A stretch of DNA of 57,459 nucleotides, counting the filler, from Dirinaria sp. TL-2023a (lineage: Eukaryota), in assembly GCA_051941275.1 (NCBI GenBank). It is 7 parts of 7 records of this genome, joined end to end, with 100 filler letters (N's around TTAATTAATTAA, not from the genome) between each part and the next. Parts side by side here need not be neighbours in the genome. Positions count along the whole stretch, not along the records: positions 1 to 8,156 come from JAVEBF010001228.1; positions 8,257 to 16,401 come from JAVEBF010001229.1; 5 more parts are not named here. One strand, written 5' to 3'. Under the pieces are notes generated by a model. The model searched no databases, was not told the origin of the DNA, and saw only the letters and a list, made by a program, of their open reading frames with translations. Made by a program: the position numbers and the translations under genes. Shown here piece by piece: positions 1 through 11,661 of the stretch. Each line of letters starts with the position of its first letter. Within the stretch, counting starts at the first letter, position 1.

Positions 1-3000
1 GTTTTTTATGCGGGTGGTGGTCGATGTCGAAGCGGACGCCTTTCTTGGTCCCGCGCCCCCGCTCCGCCATCATGGCCGCGACTTCACCGCGCAGCACACG
101 CGCCACGCCCTCGCTGATCGAATACTGGATCTCGTACCCCCGCATCATTCGCATCAGGCCTTCCTTCAACCCCTCGATTTCCAGGCCCTCGGGGATCCGC
201 CGCACGAGCTTGATGGGATCGATCGCCGTGCCGACTTCTTCCAGCAGGCCCTTGATGAAGCTGGGCTTGTTCATCGAGTAATCGAGCAAGTCGTCCCACA
301 GGCTGGCGTCGTTTTGCTCCTTCGCGAACGCAATCGCTTGAGACACGTCGCCGAGCTGGTCGATGATGAGGCGCAGCGCGGCGGTGATGCGGCCCTCTTT
401 CGAGAGCAGGTAGACGAGTTCCGGGATGTAGTGCCTCTGCTCGCAGATTCGGGAGGCGGTGTCGAGGGTGTAGGTCTGCGAGGTGCGCAGGAATGTCATG
501 AGCAGCGGCCGGTCGTATTCCGCGAAGAGGGACACGGCGAGATCGGCGTGGTCCGAGACGAGGGATTTGCCTTCTGAGGCTGCGAGGCGCTCGGAGGATG
601 GGTCGGAGGTGGTTTGGGGGGAGGCGGTCGAGCCGTTCCATAGGGCGCGGAAATAGAAGAAGAGGTATGGCTGCATGCCGGTTGTGTGTTCGAGTTGTTG
701 GACCACGGTCTCTGGCGTTACGATGCCGTGGTAGGCTTCTTGCAAGAGGAGCTGTATGGGCTCGAGGCTCGCAGCTTCGAGTTCGGAGAGTGGGGCCGAT
801 TTCTGCATTTCTTTCGAAATGCGCAAGAGGATGAAGCCGGGGATATCGTCTGAGATGGCGTCGACGAGGTGATTCGTGCTGATTAGGTTCATGGCCGCAT
901 CGGCGTCTTGAAGACGGATATAGCAGCCTAATGCTTGTCGAGGCCGGCCGTCCGCGAGATAGAGTTTTGCAAGGCTCGAAGTCAAGATGCGCCAATCTCT
1001 TCCCGGTTCGCCGTCTTCAGCGGATGATTCGGTGATATCGCCGGCTTTCAGGCGCCCTTGGATGGCAGAGATGACGCTGCTTGCATCGAAGAGTTCAGTT
1101 GACCAACGGTCAAGGAGCTGCTGCAGCCGGAGCCTGTCGGCGGATACGTAGTGTCCAAGTATCATTTCGTAGACAAGCGATGGGAGAGGGGGTCGAAGCT
1201 GAGTTGAGGGGACGTAGTCAGTGATCTCGTCGTATCTATTCGCTTGCGCGAAGACCCAAACCCAGTGCTCCCAGCTGGAGGACGTTCCCAGGACTTGGCC
1301 GCAGACCCGGCCAGCTTTAGTCCAATCGCCGCCCTTGATTAGCTGTTGCACCCACTGCTCGCCTATTCTTCGCTTTTCTTTTTGGGCATAGGAATAGAGA
1401 TCACGTGAACCCGTGGCGGAATCGGAGCTATCGTCCGCAAAGAACTCTTGTAGGCTATTCTGAGCTTTCAACAGATCTTGTATTGTGCCTCGTGGTTTGG
1501 TTGGTGTGCTTGGTGCACTGCTGAGAGAGCTTTCGGCCATCGGTCCGACAGCTTCAGGATGACGGTCGAGCAGATTCCATGCTTCTTCGTATTTGGCATG
1601 ATTGTCAAGCCAGGACAGATGGTCGGATATTGTGGGTTTCGTCGCAAGGACGCAATCATAAGGACTATGGATGAAGATCTTCATTCCATGCGTAAGCGTT
1701 GAAGGATGCGGCACGTTTTCCTTAGTGGCAGCAGATGCATCAATGCCGCTATTGATCTCACTGCCTGCTCTACTGCTAGAATCTTTAGGAGTCTCATCTC
1801 CCGTGCTCAGAGTGCTGGCGCCTGAACTGAAGAGTCTCGTGGTTTGCATGGTGGCATCCCAGATACCCCCACCGAGGGCTCGCGCAGGATACATCGTAGC
1901 ATCCCACGTGTAGACACTGGCATCCCATATGCCACCGCCAATAGCTTCAAGCGTTCCTCGAGTAGTTCCAGCCTTGTTTGCCACACGGATGGCAGGCAAA
2001 ACACCGAGATGGTAATCGGTTGCTGAAAGGCTCTCATACCGACTAACATTCAAAGTGTCAGCGCCGCAAACCTCTGCTTTCGTCTTGATATCAATTATTC
2101 GCATTTCGGGCTGCAAAGCGTTTTGCCTTCGATGAAACCCGCGTTTTGGGGTAGTTTCTGTTGGCGAAGTCCTCTCTTCGGGTGTAATATACGCAAGAAC
2201 GATAAGCAAATTTGGGGTATAAAGCGAAATTCCAGATATAATACAGTCAGTCCGTAAACTGCGAAAGTTTAGCACGTGTTCGGGATGGACCCATTCAGGC
2301 TTACATCGTTACCACTTCTACACGCCCTATCCTGCGTTCGGCTACGTCTTCACGGACACTTGGACGGCCTGGATGGACATCGACTATCCATATGGTGCCG
2401 CCCCATCCAACTACCATTTTTTCGTTCCGATGAGCTTGACCTCTTACCTTGGGTAGCTGACTCGCAGGGGTTACGCCTGATGCTGGTTTCTCTGTGGACC
2501 CGTTTTTGATTTCATCGTAGTCGTTTTCGGATTCCAGCCCAGCTTCGTCAATCCACTCTATATGTGGCTTCCACACAGCAGCCATTTCTTCCCAACCTGG
2601 GCGGTGCGGAGCGTCAACATGACTCATGCGTTTCCATGCGAGGTCTGTTTCGGTAGATTCGAGATGGAGGTTTGAACGCATGATCTTGATTCCCTTCTCA
2701 TTCACCCAAACGACATACTTCCCAGACAATGACCACTTAATAGTACTAATAGCGCCTTCGCCAGAATGTAGAACAGTGTCTTTCCCAGTACTGGATCCTA
2801 AGCCTATCGATCCCAGCCATCCTGATGCTTGCGCCGCGGCTCCTCCAGTGGTGTTGGATGTAGAGCTTGTACCAGCCCTTCCGCCAACCGTCAGGATGAG
2901 ACTGCCGGCAAGTCCTCCAGAAAGATATGAGCGGTCATTCTTGTACTCTGGGGACAACGCCACACTTTGTACGGGGCGACCAAAATTCCGTAGCACAACG

Positions 3001-3688
3001 TCTTTAGGCTCCGTCAAGGACTGCACGCACACGTGCCCATCTATAGATGACGAAGCGATATGTATCGCATTCGAAGGAGTTTGAGGTACGGGCGTTTGCT
3101 TGGGGCTTCGGGGGGAATGCTGTGGCGGAGGTTTGACACCTTTGACCGAGCTTGCAGGAGAGCCACGACGTTCGGAGACGAGTTTGCTGACGCCGTCTAC
3201 CTTAGCTGCCGGGAGCGGTGGAGGGAAAGGCGAGATTGATATAGAAGACGTAGATGCCGAGTGAGCGCGGTAGAATCGCAACGACTGTGTGGAAGGCAGA
3301 GAGAGCACATGCTTTCTCTCGTCAGCTATGTAACCGTCTTGGGTGTATTCCCACTGACAATATTTCCATTGTGCGTGCCAATGATCTATAGTTTCCCTTA
3401 GCACCGTGCGTGCACGCTGTGGCTGCGATATATATTCCGCCCGAACAGTCTTACCATCTTGTCGCCTGCAACCAAGAATGTACTTGTAGCATCGCCATTA
3501 CGGTACACAGCTGTGAGCTTCTTGGTCATCGACGCGTATTCCAACCGGGGCTCTTCCTCTTCCTCTTCCTCTTCGTCACCTTCGTCTTCCTCATCCGACT
3601 CGTGGACTGATGCGCCATTGCGTGTGGACTTCGCGGCTTTGCTATCAACATCATCATCTTGCTCGGTATCTTCGACGGCCGGCGCCAT
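1..3688 (-). CDS. VPS41: Vacuolar protein sorting-associated protein 41 (HOPS subunit); 3' end truncated by contig edge
   Basis: Spliced model: exons 3688-3455, 3385-3359, 3311-2305, 2258-<1, with GT..AG introns and CTRAY-like branch points. Product has an acidic N-terminus, then EPRLEYASMT..GDATSTFLVAGDKM|IIGTHNGNI|HVLSL..SSIDGHVCVQSL..FGRPVQSVALSPEYKNDRSYLSGG..HSGEGAISTIKW..ILRTDCIISGISLYTP, matching fungal Vps41. The long last exon has no stop inside the window and is absent from the ORF track. Confidence 0.93.
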
Positions 3689-3908
3689 TCGAACCAAGTA
3701 CCGAGCGCAGCTGGATCTATTTTATCGGATTGCAGGGTATTTGTAGCACGGACGCTGCAGCAAAACGATTAGCAGCGATGACGTTAGCCGAGGTCTAGAT
3801 GTAGCTAACAGCTAAGGTAAGGTATGTAAACGCGATTCCGCAACGTTGTCACGCCAGCCAAAAGCACTTAAGATGACACATTGACAGCGAATCAGCCTGC
3901 CGAAGAGC

Positions 3909-5346
3909 ATGCTTCTTAGCAGTGCTACAGTCTGGGGACACATAGAGCGAAGATGCGCCGCGGTCGTATCACGCGCATACAGTTTTCGGAGCTATCACCG
4001 GCTCTCCGCCTCGACTCCTGTTCTGTTTAGGCAGCGCTCGCTCAGCACCGGTGTTACACTTTCAGCAAAAAGACGTCGCGACTTCTTCTCCTCGAATGCA
4101 GCTTTACGGCAACGTCAAGATGAAGTAGGAGTCGCGGATTCAACCCCGCCGGAAGCGCAGCCTGTAAAGAGCCAAAAGCGGAAGAACAAGCGATCTTCGC
4201 TAGGAAAGTCATCGCTGCGAAGGGTGGCAGTCGAAGCACAAAGATCCAGAGATGGTAACGAGTTGAAGAAGTCAGAGACTGGAGAGTCGCAGAGCAATAC
4301 TAAGGTGAGGACTAGAGGATACTAGCTTCGAGGCTGGCAAAGCAAATAGCTAATAGCGGTCCTAGGCAATTACAGCTATCTGTGCAGCTGAACAATACGA
4401 CATAGCACGTGTATCTCATATTCTCCAGACTAAAGGCTATCGCCTAGACCCTTACGGAACTGGGCTTTATCCACAAGTTGTACACATCGAGCTACCTGTG
4501 GATATTCCAGCTGCCAACGCTGCTGCGGCGATCCCTGTGATCGGTGATGTCTTCGTATTCCCGTCCGGCACTGTTGTTGCGTGGGCAGTCTCTGAACACG
4601 TTCTTTCTGGCCTGGTCTCTGAAACCTTGCTGCCTGCAGCGGAAAATCCACATCCCGGCCACACTGAGGAAGAGGATCTCGAATATCTGATTGATCCAAA
4701 TAGGGAAAGTAGTAGCATCAAAGGTGACACAATTGTACTTGGTACAAAGCCAAAGTATCATGTCATTGAAGGAGGTCCACAGGGCACTCAAGTCAGCGTG
4801 CAAGACCGCGAACAGGGTCGCAATCTTGACACAGTACTCGCTAAAATCGCCTTCTCTTCTGGTTTAGCTCGGTCAACCAAACTTGCGGTCCTAGAAAGCC
4901 TGTTGAACAGTTACTTCCAAGCTACTAAGACTATCCCGCAGAAGCTATCTAAAGGAGGGCGCCTCCCATTCACCCGATCATTTATCCTGCAGAAAACTGG
5001 GCAGCTCCTGAACATACGAGCACAACTCAATCTCTACTCCGAGCTTGCGGATTCGTTGCCTGATATGTTCTGGGACAGCCGCCATGAACTTGGACTGGAA
5101 GGCTATTATGACCAGGTTGGTAGGACGCTTGATACGTCCATTCGGATTAAGACCTTGAATAGTAGGATGGATTATGCTCAAGAAATAGCCACCATTTTGC
5201 GGCAGCAACTGAGCGAGCAGCACGGAATACGGCTTGAATGGACTATTATCATCCTCATCATGGTCGAGGTAGGCTTTGAATTCTGGCATGTGGCAAGGGA
5301 AAACATGGAAGGAAGGCGGCATTTGAGTATGGAGCCTCCGGCATGA
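3909..5346 (+). CDS. MRX10: RMD1/DUF155-family protein, probably mitochondrial (Mrx10/RMND1-like)
   Basis: Exons 3909-4304 and 4366-5346 (intron GTGAGG..GCTAAT..CCTAG). Arg/Ser-rich presequence-like N-terminus. DUF155 motifs DVFVFPSGTVVAW, AFSSGLARSTKLAVLE, QLNLYSELADSLPDMFWD and RLEWTIIILIMVEV (C-terminal TM). Divergent from VPS41 across 220 bp. Orthology to MRX10 is inferred. Confidence 0.82.
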
Positions 5347-6899
5347 ATGGACGCATGGGATGTATGAGCTTGGTGACAAAACGCATTCTTCTATGTACAA
5401 TGATACCCTATATATTTCGATTGTCAACAATTCCAGTCCCTCCTCTCTAATCACACCCACCCATTCTTTCCATAGTCTCGATGACGAGTGATTTGAGTAT
5501 CTTAGACATGATCGCGCGCTTATTAGTAATCTGCCAAGCTGTCCAAAGAAGTAAAACAGGACTACACCTCCTCCTCCTCCTCACAGTCTCGATGTGTTGC
5601 ATATTTGAATTTGCCAATATGTTCTCCTTGAGCGCACAAACTTTTTCAAGTGATATTTGACGTGCTTATCTATGCTGCACGTAATATCTGACTCATTGGC
5701 TCTTCTGCGTCACCATTCGATCTCGAGCTGCAACTTATACATGGGTCTCATGCTTTGTTAAACCCGGTTTGTAGATTGTGGTGACATGTCTTGATATCTT
5801 GAATTGGTGAATGTGCCCATGGCTCTTCAAAATTGGTAGTAGTTCTAATCCCTGCTCATGTATTGTACCAACCACATTGCGGCATCGCATTCACGATCGA
5901 AATATCATATAGAGTCCTTGGTCTTATTCTCCTGGTTCCCTCAACAAACATCAATGCGATCTGTTTTTCTCTAGCGATAATTCATACTTCAAACAACGCT
6001 AAGCCTTTACCACTATTTTGGCATTACGGAGGGCTCTCGTAAAGAATCTTTAGCCTTTTCCCCTCTATCTCTCCACCTGGACACAGTATTTTGACATCGC
6101 ATCTAGGTAGACGCATTGCAAAACTTAGAAAGAGCTAGCGGTCTGCTCAGATACTCAAAGAAGATGTTCAGACTCTGGAAATATCATAGTTGAGTACGAA
6201 CCAAAAACTAGTCAACAAATAGGGAAATAGCTCTCTATACATACTACCTAACACTGGATATGTCCTGGCTAGGATTAGGTCTTTCAAGTTTGAGAAGATC
6301 TGATAAGACTTATCTTCGTCGGTTTCCATTGGAATCCAGGCTTAGTTCGTCGTCATTGGTAGAGGATTGACCTAATATCACCCTTCCGTATTTTCTGATG
6401 TCAACGATTTATTCAGAAACACAAGGCTTTACCAGCAATCAATTTACACCAAGGCTTTGTCTTCAGATGTCCGGCATGTCTGTTGTGTAGATATTGATCA
6501 TGTGTTTTTTGTTTTGACGCTTGCCTGAGAATGGAAGCGAACTTCTGTGAAATGGGGTGTCAGGCAGTGTTATTCACGCTAAGTTCTGGTTCACATCGAG
6601 GGTTATGCCTCTCTCGCTTAAAATCTTATCGCCTGATCCTGGCTATAGAAAGGTTTCATCAACCACATCTCTGGGTTGTTATCCTGCATATGTTCTCAAT
6701 CTCGAGTGCTTCGTTCTGAGCTGCTGCAGACTCGCTCGTTGCTTTGCTAGTTGCTTTGCTACAACAAATCCTTCTCTGTTAATACAGAATACTTCATTAT
6801 CGATATGCAAGGGTTCTGACCTGCTTCTAAATCGAGCTGATCCAAATAGACTAGCTCAAAGCACACTGAGAAAAACACAAAAAGACACAACTGTCAAAA

Positions 6900-7694
6900 A
6901 TGTCGGCGCCATCAGTACGTATTAAGCTGAGCGATTTTTTTGATCTTCTATTACCAAAATCATTCCGCTGACTATCCTCAGAGCCTGCAAGATCTTTACA
7001 TAGAAAATGCGATCGATTATGTCAAGCACCGGGCTGCCTCTATGCGCATCGATCTTATCTTCCGCGCCGAATATGAGCTCAGACTGCTCACACAGCTCGA
7101 TCTCAGCTCGCTCAACATCGAGTACAAAATAGCTTGGACGAACAAGGTGAATCCTATTCCATCCCTTCTTATACCCTATTCACTCCCCAGGACACCACCT
7201 CCCATGATCTCCTACCCCCTTATATCAAAACCCATCTTAACAACTCGCCATCGCAGATCCTGAGAAGCAACGAATTCGACGCGTACTGGAGGTCCATGAA
7301 AATCGAGCATCAGCTTTCCACTGCCCAACTCAAGCGTTACACACCAGACGACTCTCTCTGTGGGATCTCAGACCCAAAAACACCCAAAGCCAGCACCACA
7401 AAGAAACGCTCCACCGCCTCTCGCCCAAATGCAAATACCATGATCAGACCCCCACGCTCCCAGCTCCCAAGATCATCAAGCCCAGCCCGCAGCTCATCCC
7501 CAAATGATCCCCGTTACAACGATGTCAATGGTTTCCTGGTCGACGACCCGACCATCGATCTCGATTACGAGGGCGGAAACGGCAAACGCACTCCGGCGAA
7601 GCGGGCGCCCGCGAATGCGGGAAGGACAGGGAAACAGGTGACGCCTAAAAAGGTCAGCCGCACCACAGCCCCGAGATCTGGGGGCAAAAAATAA
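6900..7694 (+). CDS. Hypothetical 205-aa three-exon protein (orphan, basic disordered C-terminus)
   Basis: Exons 6900-6914 (MSAPS), 6982-7146 and 7257-7694. Introns GTACGT..GCTGAC..CTCAG and GTGAAT..CTTAAC..CGCAG are both phase 0 and join two track ORFs into one frame. Confidence 0.65.
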
Positions 7695-8156
7695 TGACAT
7701 TTTGTTCGTTTTTGCTGCGCAGGTGGTGCATTTCGCAGAAGATGTGCTGGAACAGTATGATGGCTTTACTTCGGCTCTGGAGGATCTTGAGATAATTTGA
7801 GGGGGGTATTTTTTCAATCAAGGATGTGGAAAGGGTGGTTGAGCGCGCTGGATTAGAGGGATTCAAATGTGAGTGGATGGAATAGGAGGGTGACGCGAAC
7901 TTTTTCTTTGTTATGGTTGCTTTTTTTCTTTTTTTTTTTTTCAAATGAAGAAAGAGACACAGGCTTTCGAACAGGAGCGAGGAGGATGCGTTAGGTAATG
8001 GGATTTCAGGCTGTGAAGAGCAGGTTTTTTTCTTATTCTTCTTCTGTATGTCTCATAGTTGAGACAGAAAGCCTTCAGACAGCCAAGGTCATCCAAGCCA
8101 GAGGCTGGCGATAGCATAGCATTCCAATTCTCTTTCTAAAATCAACTGTTCTTATC

Positions 8157-8256
8157 NNNNNNNNNNNNNNNNNNNNNNNNNNNNNNNNNNNNNNNNNNNN
8201 TTAATTAATTAANNNNNNNNNNNNNNNNNNNNNNNNNNNNNNNNNNNNNNNNNNNN
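8157..8256. other. Artificial contig-joining spacer (44 N + TTAATTAATTAA + 44 N)
   Basis: Identical 100-bp spacer occurs six times; TTAATTAATTAA places stops in all six frames. Confidence 0.98.
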
Positions 8257-8306
8257 ATATCTGCATACACTCAGTAAAAAAAACCTTACTGAGTGTATGC
8301 AGATAT
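8257..8306. repeat. Perfect inverted repeat (21-bp arms, 8-nt loop) at contig start
   Basis: ATATCTGCATACACTCAGTAA (8257-8277), loop AAAAAACC, TTACTGAGTGTATGCAGATAT (8286-8306). Confidence 0.9.
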
Positions 8307-8488
8307 CGGATTTGGGATATCATTCCTTAGAAAGATGTGTGCATGTGTCTGTCTTCTAGAGGCAGCGATAAATTGATCTAGCAAGCCTTGCATCAACTCC
8401 CCCCCCCCCCAAAATCCGCAACGGCCTATCTCGTTTGCTCCCGTCCATAGCAACCCAAGTCACTCAAAAAGTAGCCAAGAGCCGAAAG

Positions 8489-11245
8489 TCATGTAGCCGT
8501 CGTAGTAGAAGAAGAAGCAGCAGCAGCAATCTCATCATACCACCTCCCATGCGCCTCGCGATCCACATCCGCCACTTTCCGCAACTCATCCACCATGCCC
8601 CCGATCTGACCCACGAACTCGATCAGCCCGCCCGAAGCCAGCGCCTCGCTCGCCGTCGTCGTGGCTCGGATCCTCTCTTCCGAGCTCGCGGCGGTCAACC
8701 TTCCCAAAACATGCGCCTTCAATTTCTGCAACAGCACTTTCGTAACGGGGTGGTTGACCTCAGCCGCTCGAGCTTCTGCCAGGATCCGCTCCGTTGTGGA
8801 GGCCAGCAAGGTTTTTGTAGCTGGGGGCAGGGTGTGGGGGATTGCAGCGAGGAAAGGTCCCGGGGCGGTGTAAGGGAGGGCGGACATTCGTGCCGCTTCC
8901 GCCTTCCACTGGGACCGGATGTCTCGTTTTAGGAGTTTTTTCGCAGTGAGCAGGATTGATGCTATAGTGAGCATACGGAGGATGGAGGATCGCATGCTTG
9001 TTAAGCGTTGCAGATCGAGTTCGAGGGTTTCGGGGACGGATTCAGAGGTTAGGGGGTTTACCGCTATGGCTGTGTCGACTAGGCCTTGCATGTAGATTCT
9101 TTCTCTTGTTATTCGAGTCAAGGGAGATGCTGCGGAGTCCCCTGTCCGGCGGCTTGATTCCTCTATTGTCTTTGAGGCGGCGCGGCTCCACCATTCTGAT
9201 GTCCTTGGAGGCTGGAGGCTGCCATAGCGCTCGGAGAAACACCGTTGCTCGTAAGCAGCGGCTTGCTCCAGTAGCATCGGTGCATTCATCTGGAGTGTGA
9301 AGTTCGCGTGATCTAAAGACAATAGATCTATAACAAAGTGGACACGCGCTAATCGCTCCAGCAGATCTTCGGTGGTATCTTCCGTCAGCGCTTTTACTTC
9401 CGCGTCCCTCACAGGCGCGCAAAGCTGGGGCAGTAACGCGTTGATGAAGGCGAAAAATTGCTGGTATGAAAAGGCGCCCATTTCTACTTGCTGGGCTATC
9501 ATGCCTGGATCAAGTGTCTCGGAAATCATATTGTGCAATGACTTTCCCGGAGCGACTAATGCTAAGAGCTTCTTACGTATGGCTTGCGCCATAGCAACGA
9601 TCCACGCCCCGTTGGAGTCGATCTCCAAGCCTAATCTCATGCTTTCGGAGAGCGCTCGAATAAGCTGTTCTTTCGCCTCCGTTCTTGGTTTAAGATCGAT
9701 TCTGTACTCACGATCGATGGCTAATTCATGAATAATAGTCCGGTTGTCTGGCAGTGTCGTTAGTGCCTCAGACTCTGCCGCCGCTTGTGGCTCCCAACTT
9801 TGTGTCAACGGATCCGTCTGCGCATTTGAACTTTGAGAGGGCATAGGATCGACAAAGGATTCATTCGAGGCGGCAGCTCTTGGAGTTGAAGTCGATACGG
9901 GTTTTGTCCTTCGCTTTCGAGCTTTCGTCCTCCTTGCTTCTTTCACTGCTTCCCTAATCATCTTCATTGCCTCCTCTGAGCCGACAAGTCTCTTGAGCCT
10001 GACCATGATCAGAGTTTGGTTCTGCTGGATGCCTTCTTTATAATCATCCGCAACGCCTCCGGCTGTGTCATTCTTCACGGACTGCCAGATGGAATCCAAT
10101 TCGACAAATTGGGCGACCATCGTGTCGACAAGTATCGAAGAATCTTGGCCTTTCCATGCGGAGAAGGCAGACTGGTACGAAGAATACACTTCCGAGAAAG
10201 AAGCAAGCGGCGGAGACATGGACGAAAATCCGGGATGAGAGAGGGGTGTCGATAGCAGCGTCTCGAAAGATTCTAGCAATAGTCTTGCCTGTGAAATGAG
10301 GTCCTGTTCTTGTACACCATCCTTACTGAAAACTTGCTGCGGGTGGCTCGTGATTAAGAAGGCGCTCAAGAAGGTACGGACAGCGGCCTTTTCAGACCGG
10401 GAATTCGGCTCGCTTTCTTGAAGTCCATAAAGCTTGAACAACCTTGAGGTGCATTCAATTACCCGCTCCTGAGCGAGTAGTGCTCCCACATCGTCGAAAC
10501 TTGCGCTGCCAACAGCTTCGGTGGTCAGACCGTGGTCCACCAGCTCTGAAAATAGCCTTCGGCGTTGCTTGTTCCTCCAAGCTCGTTGCAAATACATGGT
10601 TGCTTCATTCTCGTTTCGCGGTTTCCAAACACTTAGGACTGCTCTCTTTTCTTCAACGGGTGGAAGACTGGGGTTCTTCAAGCGGCGCTGGCTCTGCTGA
10701 AAGACTGTCCTACGCCTTTCGGCCTCAGCGAGCCTTTCCTCCATCTCTCCCTTCATCCTCAGGAGGTCCGCAGCTTTCTTCTCGCGAGCATCTTCGGCGA
10801 TCCTCTTTGCGCGTTTGACCTCCTCATGACAGTTTGCTGCGACCTGCGCTAGATACTTCTCACGTGCTTGTTTGGCGGCCAAAGCTCGTTCTTCGCTGTT
10901 TGCGTTGACACGTGGTGCGGCTTTCGCCATGGCGGCTCTAAGCCTGACCTTCTCCGCATGGGCGGCTTTCTCTGCCAGTCGTGCTTTTCGGCTTTCAAGG
11001 AGAGACGCTCGGCGTAGATGCTGCGCGATGTGAGTGCTCTGAGGTCCACCATGAGCGGAGAGCGCTGACTTGCTGGAATGATGAGAGGACATGGAGTTGC
11101 GGCGAGAAGAAGCTGCTGACGATTTCCGGCGAGCTGCGGATGTGGTCGTCTTGGAGAAACGAGCTGATATTCGAGGTGGAGGGAGGAAGCTCCCTGGCCC
11201 CTCGCTGTCCGACGACATGGTGTATTCTTTACCAAAGCCTGCCAT
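8489..11245 (-). CDS. T-complex protein 11 (Tcp11/Sok1 family) domain protein with IQ-like motif
   Basis: Single 918-aa ORF. Coiled-coil N-terminus, IQ-like ATMYLQRAWRNKQRRR, and Tcp11-type motifs RTFLSAFLITSHP, IIHELAID, LPQLCAPVRD, LDHANFTL and VPETLELDLQRL. Confidence 0.85.
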   Translation of the reverse strand: MAGFGKEYTMSSDSEGPGSFLPPPRISARFSKTTTSAARRKSSAASSRRNSMSSHHSSKSALSAHGGPQSTHIAQHLRRASLLESRKARLAEKAAHAEKVRLRAAMAKAAPRVNANSEERALAAKQAREKYLAQVAANCHEEVKRAKRIAEDAREKKAADLLRMKGEMEERLAEAERRRTVFQQSQRRLKNPSLPPVEEKRAVLSVWKPRNENEATMYLQRAWRNKQRRRLFSELVDHGLTTEAVGSASFDDVGALLAQERVIECTSRLFKLYGLQESEPNSRSEKAAVRTFLSAFLITSHPQQVFSKDGVQEQDLISQARLLLESFETLLSTPLSHPGFSSMSPPLASFSEVYSSYQSAFSAWKGQDSSILVDTMVAQFVELDSIWQSVKNDTAGGVADDYKEGIQQNQTLIMVRLKRLVGSEEAMKMIREAVKEARRTKARKRRTKPVSTSTPRAAASNESFVDPMPSQSSNAQTDPLTQSWEPQAAAESEALTTLPDNRTIIHELAIDREYRIDLKPRTEAKEQLIRALSESMRLGLEIDSNGAWIVAMAQAIRKKLLALVAPGKSLHNMISETLDPGMIAQQVEMGAFSYQQFFAFINALLPQLCAPVRDAEVKALTEDTTEDLLERLARVHFVIDLLSLDHANFTLQMNAPMLLEQAAAYEQRCFSERYGSLQPPRTSEWWSRAASKTIEESSRRTGDSAASPLTRITRERIYMQGLVDTAIAVNPLTSESVPETLELDLQRLTSMRSSILRMLTIASILLTAKKLLKRDIRSQWKAEAARMSALPYTAPGPFLAAIPHTLPPATKTLLASTTERILAEARAAEVNHPVTKVLLQKLKAHVLGRLTAASSEERIRATTTASEALASGGLIEFVGQIGGMVDELRKVADVDREAHGRWYDEIAAAASSSTTTAT

Positions 11246-11661
11246 GATGCTGTTGGCAGAAGGAGAATGTGGAGATAGTCAAAAGTAATTCTCTCGAAAG
11301 AGCTAATCGGTGGCTGGTATGAAGCTTTCGGCGATAAGCCGGCGTAGGGCTGAATTAGTAAGCTATCTTACTTTGTATGATAAGTCACGTGCTCTGATTA
11401 AAGTCTAGATCGGAATCTCTACAACATCGAAATGCTACTTTGCCAGTCGAGGACATCCATTTTACGAGTTGCAAAGGCAATTTCGAAGTAAGCTCTCTGG
11501 TATAGCAGAACACGATTTAAGATGTGTCAGTATCAATATATTGCTCATATGCAACCTGCTTCATATACATGCCGCAATCCATGGTTGGCGTATCGAACAG
11601 AGACTATGCTCTCAGGTGTCATTCTGGACCTGCCAAATAGCAGTCCGACCATTTTCACCAA

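Noticed and set aside
8..995. Track ORFs 8-577(+) and 84-995(-)
   Set aside because: Antisense or alternate-frame shadows of the last VPS41 exon.
8201..8212. TTAATTAATTAA recurring about every 8.2 kb as a biological repeat
   Set aside because: Always centred in 44+44 Ns; an artificial all-frame-stop linker.
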